Shown: piece after piece, positions 6,609-14,982 of the stretch
Layout: each line of letters opens with the position of its first letter
Numbering within the stretch: position 1 is the first letter of the stretch
Assembly: GCA_007375915.1 (NCBI GenBank)
Contig: VMFF01000002.1
Location: 1-26,672 of the forward strand
Source: Candidatus Doudnabacteria bacterium Gr01-1014_77
Lineage (GTDB): Bacteria; Patescibacteriota; Doudnabacteria; UBA920; VMFF01
Direction of reading: 5' to 3'
Length of the DNA: 26,672 nucleotides
Notes under the pieces: generated by a model
What the model saw: only the letters and a program-made list of their open reading frames with translations
The model's database searches: none
Told to the model about the DNA's origin: nothing
Translations under genes and position numbers: made by a program

Positions 6609-6777
6609 ATCTTAAACCTTTGTACCAGGTTTATCCACATTATGATTTGTACCATCATAACCATTTTCAAGGGCATTCTGCTGAATACCTTAGGAGTCAA
6701 AGAAATCAGGAAAGTAGAACCAACCACGCTTAAATAGGGGATTTTAAGCGACTTTGTTATACTTTCCTGGTTTTTTT
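6609..6777 (+). ncRNA. Candidate ncRNA of about 170 nt with twin UUGUACC-loop hairpins
   Basis: Consensus promoter; hairpins at 6613-6633, 6640-6660 and 6670-6691; an 11-bp helix (6706-6716/6760-6770) enclosing an 8-bp helix and followed by T7. Confidence 0.65.
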
Positions 6778-6784
6778 ATGCAGA

Positions 6785-6813
6785 TTGTGTTTGCACGCAC
6801 ATGTACGTATAAA
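6785..6813 (+). promoter_or_regulatory. Putative promoter of the surface-protein gene
   Basis: TTGTGT-N17-TATAAA, which implies a 5' UTR of about 250 nt. Confidence 0.45.
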
Positions 6814-7073
6814 AGGAACCGGGCGGTTATTTGAATCAATATATAGAGTGTGTAACAACGCTCTAAGATAGGCGTCAAATAATACGCAACTAGCACTGGA
6901 GTGTCTAGTGTTCTTTATTAATGAAGATTGGTCGATCTCTAGGCGAAAGGCCTTGTAATAGGCTTGCCAGAAGCTAGTTGAAACAGAAAATATATTAATA
7001 ACACTTTTTTTAGACAAAGATTGATTGTCGCATATGAACAATTAATCATACGTTTAAAAAAACGGAGTAAAAC

Positions 7074-10000
7074 ATGCAAACCTCTTTAGCAAAGAAAATC
7101 TTTGCAATAGGTTCAACTTCAGCCATGTTGTTAGCTGCTGTCCCTTTTGTGGCTTCAGCTGCAGTTCATTCTGCTGGAACAAACGTAGTTTCTAACGGAA
7201 CCGTTTATTTCATAAACAGCAATGGTCAGAAACAACCTTACACTTCTGCTGGCGCATTTTTGTCCTATGGTTTTAACACCTGGGCAGATGTAGTAGCAGC
7301 TTCCGCTGAGGATTTGGCTTTGCCTACTGGTTCTTTCGTTCCACCATCAGATGGTTCCCTTATCAATGATAAAGGCACTGTATATTTGATGGTTAACGGA
7401 ATGCCATCAGGCTTTACTACAGAACCAAACTTCTTAGGCTTAGGCTATTCTTACAAGAATGTCTTAGCTGGTGATGTTTCTTTCTTAGCAAAAGGCTCAA
7501 ATATCAGCACAACAGCAATGTCCCACCCAGTTGGTACATTAGTAAACGACAAAGGTACAGTTTACTTAATGACAGCAAGTGGAAAAATGGGCATTCCTTC
7601 TCTTTCAACATTTAATTCCTGGGGTTACAGCTTTGCAAAAGTCGTTCCTGCAAACAGCTACGACTCAGCAATTGCTATGAGCTCTGGAATTATGAATGCA
7701 AGAGTAGCAGGACAATTGAACCCAACAGGTTCAACAGTCAACATTCCCCCAGTATCTGGTAACCTATCTGTAAGCGCAGCTTCAGATATGCCAGTTACTA
7801 GAACATTAGTAATAGGCGAAGCAGTAGCTGATTTGGCTCACTTCACTTTCTACGGTACTGGTACAGTAACCGCAGTTACTTTGAAGAGATTTGGCGTTTC
7901 AGCAGATGCTACTTTGAACAATGTCTACCTCTTTGACGGTTCAACAAGACTTACAGATTCAGCATCAGTCTCATCTGGAAGCACAATCAACTTCACTAAC
8001 GCAAATGGTTTGTTTACAGTTAATGGTTCAAAGACCGTTGCTGTAAGAGCTGACATCCTTTCAACTGCAGCAGCAGGTGAAACAGTCGGTGTTCAGTTAA
8101 CATCAGCAATGAGTGGTTCTAACTCTGTTAGTGGCACTCCTGTATCAGGTAACTTACACACTGTTGCAACAGCTACTTTAGCTACTGTAGCATTGGGTGC
8201 AGTTACTCAATCTGGTGCAACAAACCCAGGCACAGACATCAATGTCTGGCAATCAACAGCAACTGTCTCAACAAGAGACGTATTGATGACAAGATTAGCA
8301 TTGCGCCAAGTTGGCTCAATTGTTTCTGCTGACGTCAATAACTTCAAGTTGTTTGTAGATGGAGTACAGGTAAGCTCAGCAGCTTCCTTGGATTCTAATG
8401 GCTATGTAACTTTTAGCTTTAGCAAAGCATTGACAACAGGCAACAGAACTTTGAAGGTAACAGCAGATGTTATCGGTGGTTCTGGAAGAAATGTAGAGTT
8501 CTCTCTACGTGGTGCTTATGACATCTCATTAACTGATACTCAGTACAATGCAGGTGTTACAGCAACAGCTTCTGCATTCCCATTGGATGGTGGTGCAACA
8601 TTTGCCATTAGCGCTGGTTCTATGACAGTTGTTAAAGCAACTGATTCACAGTCTCAGAACGTTACTTTGGGTTCAACTGACCAATCTTTGGCAAAGTACA
8701 CCTTCACCGCTTATGGTGAACAAATCAAGGTTGAAACCTTGAGAGTCGGTGTTATAACAACTGGTGGAACTGTTACTGAACATACATTGAGAAATGTAAG
8801 AATCTTAGTTAACGGTTTACAAGTTGGTAGCACAACAAACGTCCCAGCTGCTGCAACATTTGCATCAGGTGCTGGAACACAATTCACAACAAACTTCACA
8901 GTAGTCCCTGGTACACCAGCTACAGTTGAAATTCGTGGTGACATTGTAGACTCTGAAGGTACTGACAACATTGCAGCTGGAACAGTTACTGCTGTCCAAG
9001 CTTTGTTGATCGGTGGTACATCAGCAAACAACGCAATTCCACAGGTATCCTTAGGAACCTTGGATGTGCCAACTTCTGACAACACATTAGGTAATAGCTT
9101 AACAATTGCTTCTGGTTCTATGAGCTTGACTCAACAGTCAACCTACGCAAACCAGACAGTTGTTGCTCCTCAAACAGCATACAAAGTAGGTGCTTACAAC
9201 CTAACTGGTAACAGCACTGAAGCAGTCAACCTCAATACTCTTGAGATAGACTTTACTGGTACTACTGCTGAAGAAACTGTCTTAACAGACGTTTACGTAA
9301 AGTATGGTAACCAGACAACAGCTGTTAAAGGAACTGTAACTGCATCAGATAACACATGGTCCATAAGCAGAACATTGGCAGTTAACGAAACAATGCCAAT
9401 TGAAGTTTATGCAACTGTTTCTTCTGCATTGTCTACAGCCACAATCATTACTCGTTTGACAGTCACTGGTATAACAGCATCATCTGGTATTACCACTTAT
9501 GCTGATACCAACTCTGACACAACCAAAGATGCTAACGGCTTCTTGGGTCAAACAGTTACTGGTGTTGCAAACGGAACTTTGACAGCAACTGCTGACGCTT
9601 CAACTCCTGACTCAGCTATAGTTGATGATTCAGGTACAGTAACAACAGCAGCTATTAAGTTTAATGCAGTCAATGATTCATTCACAATCACTGATATAAC
9701 ATTGACACTAGCAGACGCTTCTGCAGTTTCAACTGTTACTTTGATGGACGCTGGTGTAGCAGTAACTGGTGGTTCAAAACCAGGTGCCGCAACTCTAACC
9801 TTCAGTGGTTTGAACATTGCAGTAGCAGCAAACAGCACTAAAGTTCTTGATGTCCAGTTAGCTATGTCTTCAGTAGGCGTAGGTTCTGGTACAGCAGGTT
9901 CTTCATTGCTTACAACATTGACTTCCTTCACATCTCGTTCCTCAAATGGAACATCTGATGTTTCAGGAAACGATGCAGGTCCTTCAATCGAGAACGACCC

Positions 10001-11087
10001 AGCTGGTAACGTTATGTACGTTTACCATGCAATTCCTACAATCACAAACGTAACTTTGCCAACTTCAATTTTGGCAGCAGGTACACAGGTTGTATCCAAG
10101 TTCACCGTTTCTTCTGGTGGAACTGGAGCAATTAGCTGGCAGAAACTTGTATTCACAGTTGCAAGAAGCATCGGTGGTACAGATACTCTTGCCACAACTC
10201 AATTGTGGAATTCTGATACAAACACTCAGATTAGTGGTACTGTTGCATACACTGGCAGCGTAGAAGCTGACAATGGAACAGCTGGTACTATTATCTTTGT
10301 TGCAAACTCAGAACAGGCCGTTAGCGGTGCTAAGACCTATGAATTGAGAACAACAATTGCTGGAACCGTAGGAACAGGCGATTACATCTCTGTTAAAATC
10401 GCTCAACCTTCTACTTTCGCAGCTTCAGCAGCAGCATTTGCTTCACATACTGATAGCAGTGCTTCATACGCTGACGTTGACGCAAGCGGAGCAGTAACTG
10501 CAAACGATATTCGTTTGACAGCTCAAGTAACAGTGGCTTCTGGGTACGCTCAGACAAACACTGGTGTAGCTACATTCTTAACATCAGACACAACAGATGA
10601 AGTTCAGTCTTGGGGTACAATTACCACAGGCAGAACAATAATCTTGACTGAAACTGGTGCTACAAGCAACATAATTGGTGCAATCACTGGTACTTTAGTA
10701 TCAACTGATGCATGGACCTGTGCTGCATATACTGCTGCAAACGGTGGTGGTTCAACAACTACAACTATTGCAAGCATTCTTTCCATCAAATGTACCAAAG
10801 CTTCTGTTGGTCAAGTTATCTTGAACACAGCAGCTCTAGGTGCTAACGCTGGTATCGAAGAAACAACAATTACTTTGACAACCACAGCTGGTGGATTGGC
10901 AGCAAACGCAGTCGTCGCTTCAACTGATTCCGATCTCGGATTCACATTGACCGGCGGTGTTGCTGGTGCTGCAAGCTTTGTCTGGTCTGACCAGAATAAA
11001 GCTGCTCACAGCTCAACAACAACTGACTGGACCAACGGAGTATTGGTTAAGAACTTACCAACTTCAACTCAAACATTGAGCAAATAG
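7074..11087 (+). CDS. Large exported S-layer-like surface protein, 1337 aa
   Basis: Signal peptide ending ASA-A; duplicated N-terminal module (INDKGTVYLM / VNDKGTVYLM); T/S/A/G/V-rich beta-strand repeats; strongly biased codon usage suggesting high expression. Confidence 0.8.
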   Translation: MQTSLAKKIFAIGSTSAMLLAAVPFVASAAVHSAGTNVVSNGTVYFINSNGQKQPYTSAGAFLSYGFNTWADVVAASAEDLALPTGSFVPPSDGSLINDKGTVYLMVNGMPSGFTTEPNFLGLGYSYKNVLAGDVSFLAKGSNISTTAMSHPVGTLVNDKGTVYLMTASGKMGIPSLSTFNSWGYSFAKVVPANSYDSAIAMSSGIMNARVAGQLNPTGSTVNIPPVSGNLSVSAASDMPVTRTLVIGEAVADLAHFTFYGTGTVTAVTLKRFGVSADATLNNVYLFDGSTRLTDSASVSSGSTINFTNANGLFTVNGSKTVAVRADILSTAAAGETVGVQLTSAMSGSNSVSGTPVSGNLHTVATATLATVALGAVTQSGATNPGTDINVWQSTATVSTRDVLMTRLALRQVGSIVSADVNNFKLFVDGVQVSSAASLDSNGYVTFSFSKALTTGNRTLKVTADVIGGSGRNVEFSLRGAYDISLTDTQYNAGVTATASAFPLDGGATFAISAGSMTVVKATDSQSQNVTLGSTDQSLAKYTFTAYGEQIKVETLRVGVITTGGTVTEHTLRNVRILVNGLQVGSTTNVPAAATFASGAGTQFTTNFTVVPGTPATVEIRGDIVDSEGTDNIAAGTVTAVQALLIGGTSANNAIPQVSLGTLDVPTSDNTLGNSLTIASGSMSLTQQSTYANQTVVAPQTAYKVGAYNLTGNSTEAVNLNTLEIDFTGTTAEETVLTDVYVKYGNQTTAVKGTVTASDNTWSISRTLAVNETMPIEVYATVSSALSTATIITRLTVTGITASSGITTYADTNSDTTKDANGFLGQTVTGVANGTLTATADASTPDSAIVDDSGTVTTAAIKFNAVNDSFTITDITLTLADASAVSTVTLMDAGVAVTGGSKPGAATLTFSGLNIAVAANSTKVLDVQLAMSSVGVGSGTAGSSLLTTLTSFTSRSSNGTSDVSGNDAGPSIENDPAGNVMYVYHAIPTITNVTLPTSILAAGTQVVSKFTVSSGGTGAISWQKLVFTVARSIGGTDTLATTQLWNSDTNTQISGTVAYTGSVEADNGTAGTIIFVANSEQAVSGAKTYELRTTIAGTVGTGDYISVKIAQPSTFAASAAAFASHTDSSASYADVDASGAVTANDIRLTAQVTVASGYAQTNTGVATFLTSDTTDEVQSWGTITTGRTIILTETGATSNIIGAITGTLVSTDAWTCAAYTAANGGGSTTTTIASILSIKCTKASVGQVILNTAALGANAGIEETTITLTTTAGGLAANAVVASTDSDLGFTLTGGVAGAASFVWSDQNKAAHSSTTTDWTNGVLVKNLPTSTQTLSK

Positions 11088-11130
11088 TTAGTAGTTCATA
11101 CTCAACTTTTCTAGAAGTCTAAACTAGATC

Positions 11131-11158
11131 AAAAGCCGCCCTTTACTGGGCGGCTTTT
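11131..11158 (+). terminator. Intrinsic terminator
   Basis: AAAAGCCGCCC-tttact-GGGCGGCTTTT. Confidence 0.9.
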
Positions 11159-11271
11159 GTAATGTGTATAAGTTAAAACAAGATACCATATTAACTAGTT
11201 ATTAAATATTTTGACTGCAGTTTTACCTTTGCGCTACAATGAATCTCCAACAATATTAATAGGAGTTTTTT

Positions 11272-11865
11272 GTGGATATTGAGATGAAAAAAGAGTTCGA
11301 GAAGATAAGCTCAGAGTTTAACAAAATGCATCTAGAATTCAGGAAAATAGATGCAAGATTTGATCAGGTGGATAAACGCTTTGAGCTAGTTGATGAGAGG
11401 TTCGACCAGATGGATCAACGATTCAACGAAGTAGACAAACGTTTTGAACTTGTAGATCAAAGGTTTGACGAAGTAGACAAACGTTTTGCAAAAGTTGATG
11501 CGAGATTTGAGCTGATAGATAAGCGATTCGAGCAAATAGACCAACGGTTTGAGCAGGTGGATAAACGCTTTGAAGAAGTAGATAAGCGATTCGAGCAAAT
11601 AGACCAAAGGTTTGATCAGGTTCATAAACGTCTTGATGGGATAGATCAACGCTTTGAGCAGGTAGATCAAAGGTTTGATCAGGTTGATAATGATATATCC
11701 TTAGTATTGATGACTGTGAGTAAAACATACGAAGAAATGGAAACAGAAATCAAAACAATCAATGCTCGTATGGTAACCAAAGATTACCTCGATCGTCGCT
11801 TAGAGAGGTTTGCTAGCGTAAATCATCTCATGTTAAGAGAACAAGGCCCTGATTACAAGGTTTAA
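11272..11865 (+). CDS. Heptad-repeat coiled-coil protein
   Basis: AGGAG SD with GTG start; 16 tandem RF(E/D)x(V/I)D(K/Q) heptads; upstream TTGACT-N18-TACAAT at 11211-11240. Confidence 0.85.
   Translation: MDIEMKKEFEKISSEFNKMHLEFRKIDARFDQVDKRFELVDERFDQMDQRFNEVDKRFELVDQRFDEVDKRFAKVDARFELIDKRFEQIDQRFEQVDKRFEEVDKRFEQIDQRFDQVHKRLDGIDQRFEQVDQRFDQVDNDISLVLMTVSKTYEEMETEIKTINARMVTKDYLDRRLERFASVNHLMLREQGPDYKV
11356..11691 (+). repeat. Degenerate 21-bp coding tandem repeat, 16 units
   Basis: Heptad codons; an exact 27-bp copy GATAAGCGATTCGAGCAAATAGACCAA occurs at 11518 and 11581, 63 bp apart. Confidence 0.9.
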
Positions 11866-11872
11866 TTTGGCA

Positions 11873-11901
11873 TTGAAAAAATAACGAATCTTTGGTAATA
11901 T
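11873..11901 (+). promoter_or_regulatory. Promoter for tRNA-Arg and tRNA-Lys
   Basis: TTGAAA-N17-TAATAT with an extended -10. Confidence 0.65.
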
Positions 11902-11930
11902 TACGTTTGTACTTAGTGTTTTAAACACAT

Positions 11931-12007
11931 GCGCCCGTAGCTCAACTGGATAGAGCGTGTGGCTTCGGACCACAAGGCTGTAGGTTCGACTCCTGCCGGG
12001 CGCACCA
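11931..12007 (+). tRNA. tRNA-Arg (TCG)
   Basis: Acceptor GCGCCCG/CGGGCGC, anticodon arm TGTGG-ctTCGga-CCACA, encoded CCA. Confidence 0.96.
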
Positions 12008-12030
12008 CTTAGGTTTACAAACGAATATGC

Positions 12031-12106
12031 GGGTTGGTAGCTCAGTTGGTAGAGCAGTTGCCTCTTAAGCAATTGGTCGTGGGTTCGAATCCCACCCAAC
12101 CCACCA
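12031..12106 (+). tRNA. tRNA-Lys (CTT)
   Basis: Acceptor GGGTTGG/CCAACCC, anticodon arm GTTGC-ctCTTaa-GCAAT, encoded CCA. Confidence 0.97.
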
Positions 12107-12158
12107 AGAGATCAAATATACGCCCCTTGTAGGCGTTTTTTTGATATACTGGAGGTAT

Positions 12159-12380
12159 ATGCAGGATCACATCCTAACAGTCCCTGAAATATCCAAGTTT
12201 TTCGGGGTTAGTAAAAAGACAGTCTACGAATGGTGCCGTTTTGGGCACCTGCCGGCCTTTAAAATTGGACAAGAATGGATGCTTAGACAAAGTGATTTAC
12301 AGAAGATGATAAACGCGAAAGTAAGCTCAGCAGGGCGCAAACAACAAGACTTGTTTGGTAAAAACAAGGGAGGTAAGTAA
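12159..12380 (+). CDS. Excisionase-like (HTH_17 / MerR-like) DNA-binding protein
   Basis: GGAGG SD before ATG 12159; ILTVPEISKFFGVSKKTVYEWCRFGHLPAFKIGQEW is a typical Xis-like HTH; the stop overlaps the holA start (TAATG). Confidence 0.85.
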   Translation: MQDHILTVPEISKFFGVSKKTVYEWCRFGHLPAFKIGQEWMLRQSDLQKMINAKVSSAGRKQQDLFGKNKGGK

Positions 12381-13345
12381 TGGCGCACTTGTTTTTAGGA
12401 GAAGACGACTTTTCCAAAAAAGAAGAGATAAAAAAAACAGCACAGAAAGAATCATTAGAGGTTGTTTCTTTTTTTGATTATGACTCAGAACAAGAGATTA
12501 GACAGGCTGCAATGGATAGCACGCTCTTTGGTGGTAAAAAGTTAATCTGTGTATATGATTACTTCTCAAGAGGATTTGATCAGAGTATTTTAGATGATAT
12601 TAAAAACAGTATAAACAGCGTTGTGTTCTTAGAGAAGAAACTTGATAAAAGGAAAGCAGAAACCAAAAAGATCCTAGCAAATAAAAACTTAAAAGTCGTT
12701 GAATTTAACATTCCAACAGGTTCAGAGTTTTCTTCTTGGGTTAAGAATCAAGCAAAGAAATACAATTTGAAGCTTTCTGGGAAAGCAATGGACCTGTTTT
12801 TAAACCGTCTTGGTGTTTCATTCAATACATCAAACTATTCAGAACCATTGTATGATCTTTGGCAAGCTGATTCAGAATTAAGAAAATTAAAAAGCTTTGC
12901 TTCAGACAATATTGTTACAGAAAAAAATGTTTTAGATCTTGTTTCTGAAAACACTGATGATGATATATTCAGGATTACAAACGCAATAGGGGAGAAAGAC
13001 AAGGCTAATGCTACTAAGTTTTTGGTTGAATATATGGACAAGTATGCTGGTAGTGATGAAAAGAGTAAAATCATCGGACTCTCTGGTTTACTTTCAGAGC
13101 AATTTAGAAATATATTAGTTTTTCAAAAGCTATTAACTCAAAAAACTTCTGACAAAGAAATAGCTAACCTTACAGGCTATGCTCCAGGAAGAATATTTGT
13201 TTACAAAAAATTAGCCTCAAGATTTACAGAACAAAAAGTTTTGGAGATATTAAGAAAAATAGAGCTTCTAGACTTAGAGGTTAAAACAACACAAGGACCA
13301 GCGTCTCTCCAGTTCTTTATGATCATAGATTCAGCTATGAAATAA
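12380..13345 (+). CDS. holA: DNA polymerase III subunit delta
   Basis: HLFLGEDDF N-terminus, SELRKL, DDDIFRITNAI, and a C-terminal D-x-x-x-KT motif; length is typical. Confidence 0.88.
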   Translation: MAHLFLGEDDFSKKEEIKKTAQKESLEVVSFFDYDSEQEIRQAAMDSTLFGGKKLICVYDYFSRGFDQSILDDIKNSINSVVFLEKKLDKRKAETKKILANKNLKVVEFNIPTGSEFSSWVKNQAKKYNLKLSGKAMDLFLNRLGVSFNTSNYSEPLYDLWQADSELRKLKSFASDNIVTEKNVLDLVSENTDDDIFRITNAIGEKDKANATKFLVEYMDKYAGSDEKSKIIGLSGLLSEQFRNILVFQKLLTQKTSDKEIANLTGYAPGRIFVYKKLASRFTEQKVLEILRKIELLDLEVKTTQGPASLQFFMIIDSAMK

Positions 13346-13351
13346 CCGGAG

Positions 13352-13398
13352 AAAAGAGCAGAGGGCCACATCCTTACGGAAGTGGCCCTCTTTGCTTT
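13352..13398 (-). terminator. GC-rich terminator of the lipoprotein cassette, convergent with holA
   Basis: On the minus strand, GAGGGCCAC-t-TCC-GTAA-GGA-t-GTGGCCCTC-tgctctttt, with a GNRA tetraloop. Confidence 0.8.
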
Positions 13399-13411
13399 CG
13401 CCCGAAGCCAA

Positions 13412-14770
13412 TTACGGCGCGGGCGGGTTAATGCAGAGTGACGGTGCAACAGCACCGGAGATCCCAGGCTGCGCGCAGCTGTTGCTACCAGCTGCGTTCG
13501 GGACCTGGTTGTTGTTGATGAAGACGAACTGGAGCCGGAACCAGACATCGTTCGCGGTCCAAATTTTGTCGGCGACGTAGCTGATGGTCAGACCACCAGA
13601 TGCAGTCGCCATGCAAGTCTGGAAGGTGATGAAACCATTCGGCGACATCTGCCCGCCGTTTATCGCCACGTTGTTGTTGCAGCCAACGACACCGCTTTGC
13701 AGCAACCCGAGTTTGCTGCTTGAGATGCGGTGCGTCGTCGTGCCTGTGACGAACCAGGAATTCGCGAGTGTGGGCGGTGTGGTGCCGCCAGTGAACTGCG
13801 TCACCGGTTGCACAATTGCGGGGGTGATACCAGTGATTGCGCCGAGGGTGACACCGGCTTTCGAAACCAGGTCGACACCGACTGAGGCGGCGCTCGTTTG
13901 GTTGGCCGTGTGACCTTGCGTTCCTTGTAAGAACGCCTTGACCACGGTTGTTCCAGTCGAACTGTCGGCGCGCGTTTCGAGTGTCACGCGCTGGCATTCG
14001 TCGATCGGACGCCCCACCGCAGCCGGCGGGGTCAACCAGTCGACACACCCTTCGTACGTGTTGACGATTGTAGCCGGTGTGCCCGTGGAAGTGAATTCGA
14101 CGGTGTTCGTAATACCAGCCGCGGCCGCCCGGAGCTTGTGTATGCCTCCGATGGGACCAGCGAGCCAGTTGCCAACAGTCGCGATTCCCGTGGCGTTCGT
14201 GGTCGCCGAACCACCGGTGATGCTTCCAGAGCCACCAGTGACAGTGAACGTCACCGAGACTCCAGCCATTGTGGCACCGGTTTCATCGAGCACCTTGACC
14301 GACGGTTTCGTCGCGAATGCGGTGTTGCCGGCAGCCGTTTGTCCGTCGCCGGACAGCTTCTGGAGTGACGTAGCGATCGGTACAGTCGCTGTTGCGGTAA
14401 ACGTCGCACATGTCGTGACGCCCGCGACGCAGGCGTTAACCGACTGGCTTCCCGGCGCACTGCCGAGTGTCCAGTTGGTCTGCGCGTTGCCCGAGGCGTT
14501 GGTGGTGGCATTTCCAGTGACCGTGCCTCCGCCGATTGCCGTGAACGTGACCGAGGCGCCTGAGAACGCAGCGCCGTGCTGGTCGAGCACCTTGACGACG
14601 AGGGCGTTGGTCAGCGCTACGTTGATGCGCGCTGTCTGACCGCTGCCGGATACAGCGACGATGCTTGCTGCCTTCAGCGGTTCGACCGGTGAGTCCTTCT
14701 TGCAACTCGCCGTGAACAACGTTCCTGCGGCTGCGAGTGCAGCCATGAGGTACTGCAACTTCGTTCGCAT
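13412..14770 (-). CDS. GC-rich lipoprotein with two Big-1/invasin-like Ig repeats, 452 aa
   Basis: Lipobox FTAS-C23; two SGxGQTA...VKVLD..GA...G.SVTFT...GG repeats; AGGAG SD. Confidence 0.85.
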   Translation of the reverse strand: MRTKLQYLMAALAAAGTLFTASCKKDSPVEPLKAASIVAVSGSGQTARINVALTNALVVKVLDQHGAAFSGASVTFTAIGGGTVTGNATTNASGNAQTNWTLGSAPGSQSVNACVAGVTTCATFTATATVPIATSLQKLSGDGQTAAGNTAFATKPSVKVLDETGATMAGVSVTFTVTGGSGSITGGSATTNATGIATVGNWLAGPIGGIHKLRAAAAGITNTVEFTSTGTPATIVNTYEGCVDWLTPPAAVGRPIDECQRVTLETRADSSTGTTVVKAFLQGTQGHTANQTSAASVGVDLVSKAGVTLGAITGITPAIVQPVTQFTGGTTPPTLANSWFVTGTTTHRISSSKLGLLQSGVVGCNNNVAINGGQMSPNGFITFQTCMATASGGLTISYVADKIWTANDVWFRLQFVFINNNQVPNAAGSNSCAQPGISGAVAPSLCINPPAP

Positions 14771-14982
14771 GACTTCTCCTGGAACGGGGTGGACCTGCGG
14801 TTATGTTGCGTTTTGTTACTCTGCTTCTCCTCCTATGTACTGTCAGAGAGCTAATCAGCCACAAAGGGCGATTTAGCCTTCCTTGTTTCTGATATACCAG
14901 TTAACCAAAAAAAGCCCTCTGTGTCAATGTTAACAGGGTGGTGATGAAAGAAAAATAAAAGAGCGGGGATACCGCTCTTTTC

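Noticed and set aside
6446-6620. TTG-start frame of about 56 codons (LISRYILDRHEGWITKLAEKVGF...)
   Set aside because: It has no SD and reads through a strong terminator and a consensus promoter; at best it is a gene remnant.
6518-6727. 69-aa minus-strand ORF as a toxin or peptide antisense to the candidate ncRNA
   Set aside because: It has a GTG start without an SD, runs through a promoter and a terminator, and has no recognisable features. It is not fully excluded as a type I TA partner.
8711-10798. Antisense ORFs inside the surface-protein gene
   Set aside because: They are mirror frames produced by biased codon usage and have no independent signals.
11356-11691. Possible CRISPR array or DGR repeat
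   Set aside because: The units are 21-bp, in-frame and degenerate, with no unique spacers. No cas or reverse-transcriptase gene is present, and there is no adenine-specific TR/VR pair.
13201-14876. Many overlapping ORFs, including 233 aa (+) and 187 aa (-)
   Set aside because: This is the expected stop-codon scarcity in alternative frames of a GC-rich, Thr/Ala/Gly-rich gene; no motifs or SDs support them.
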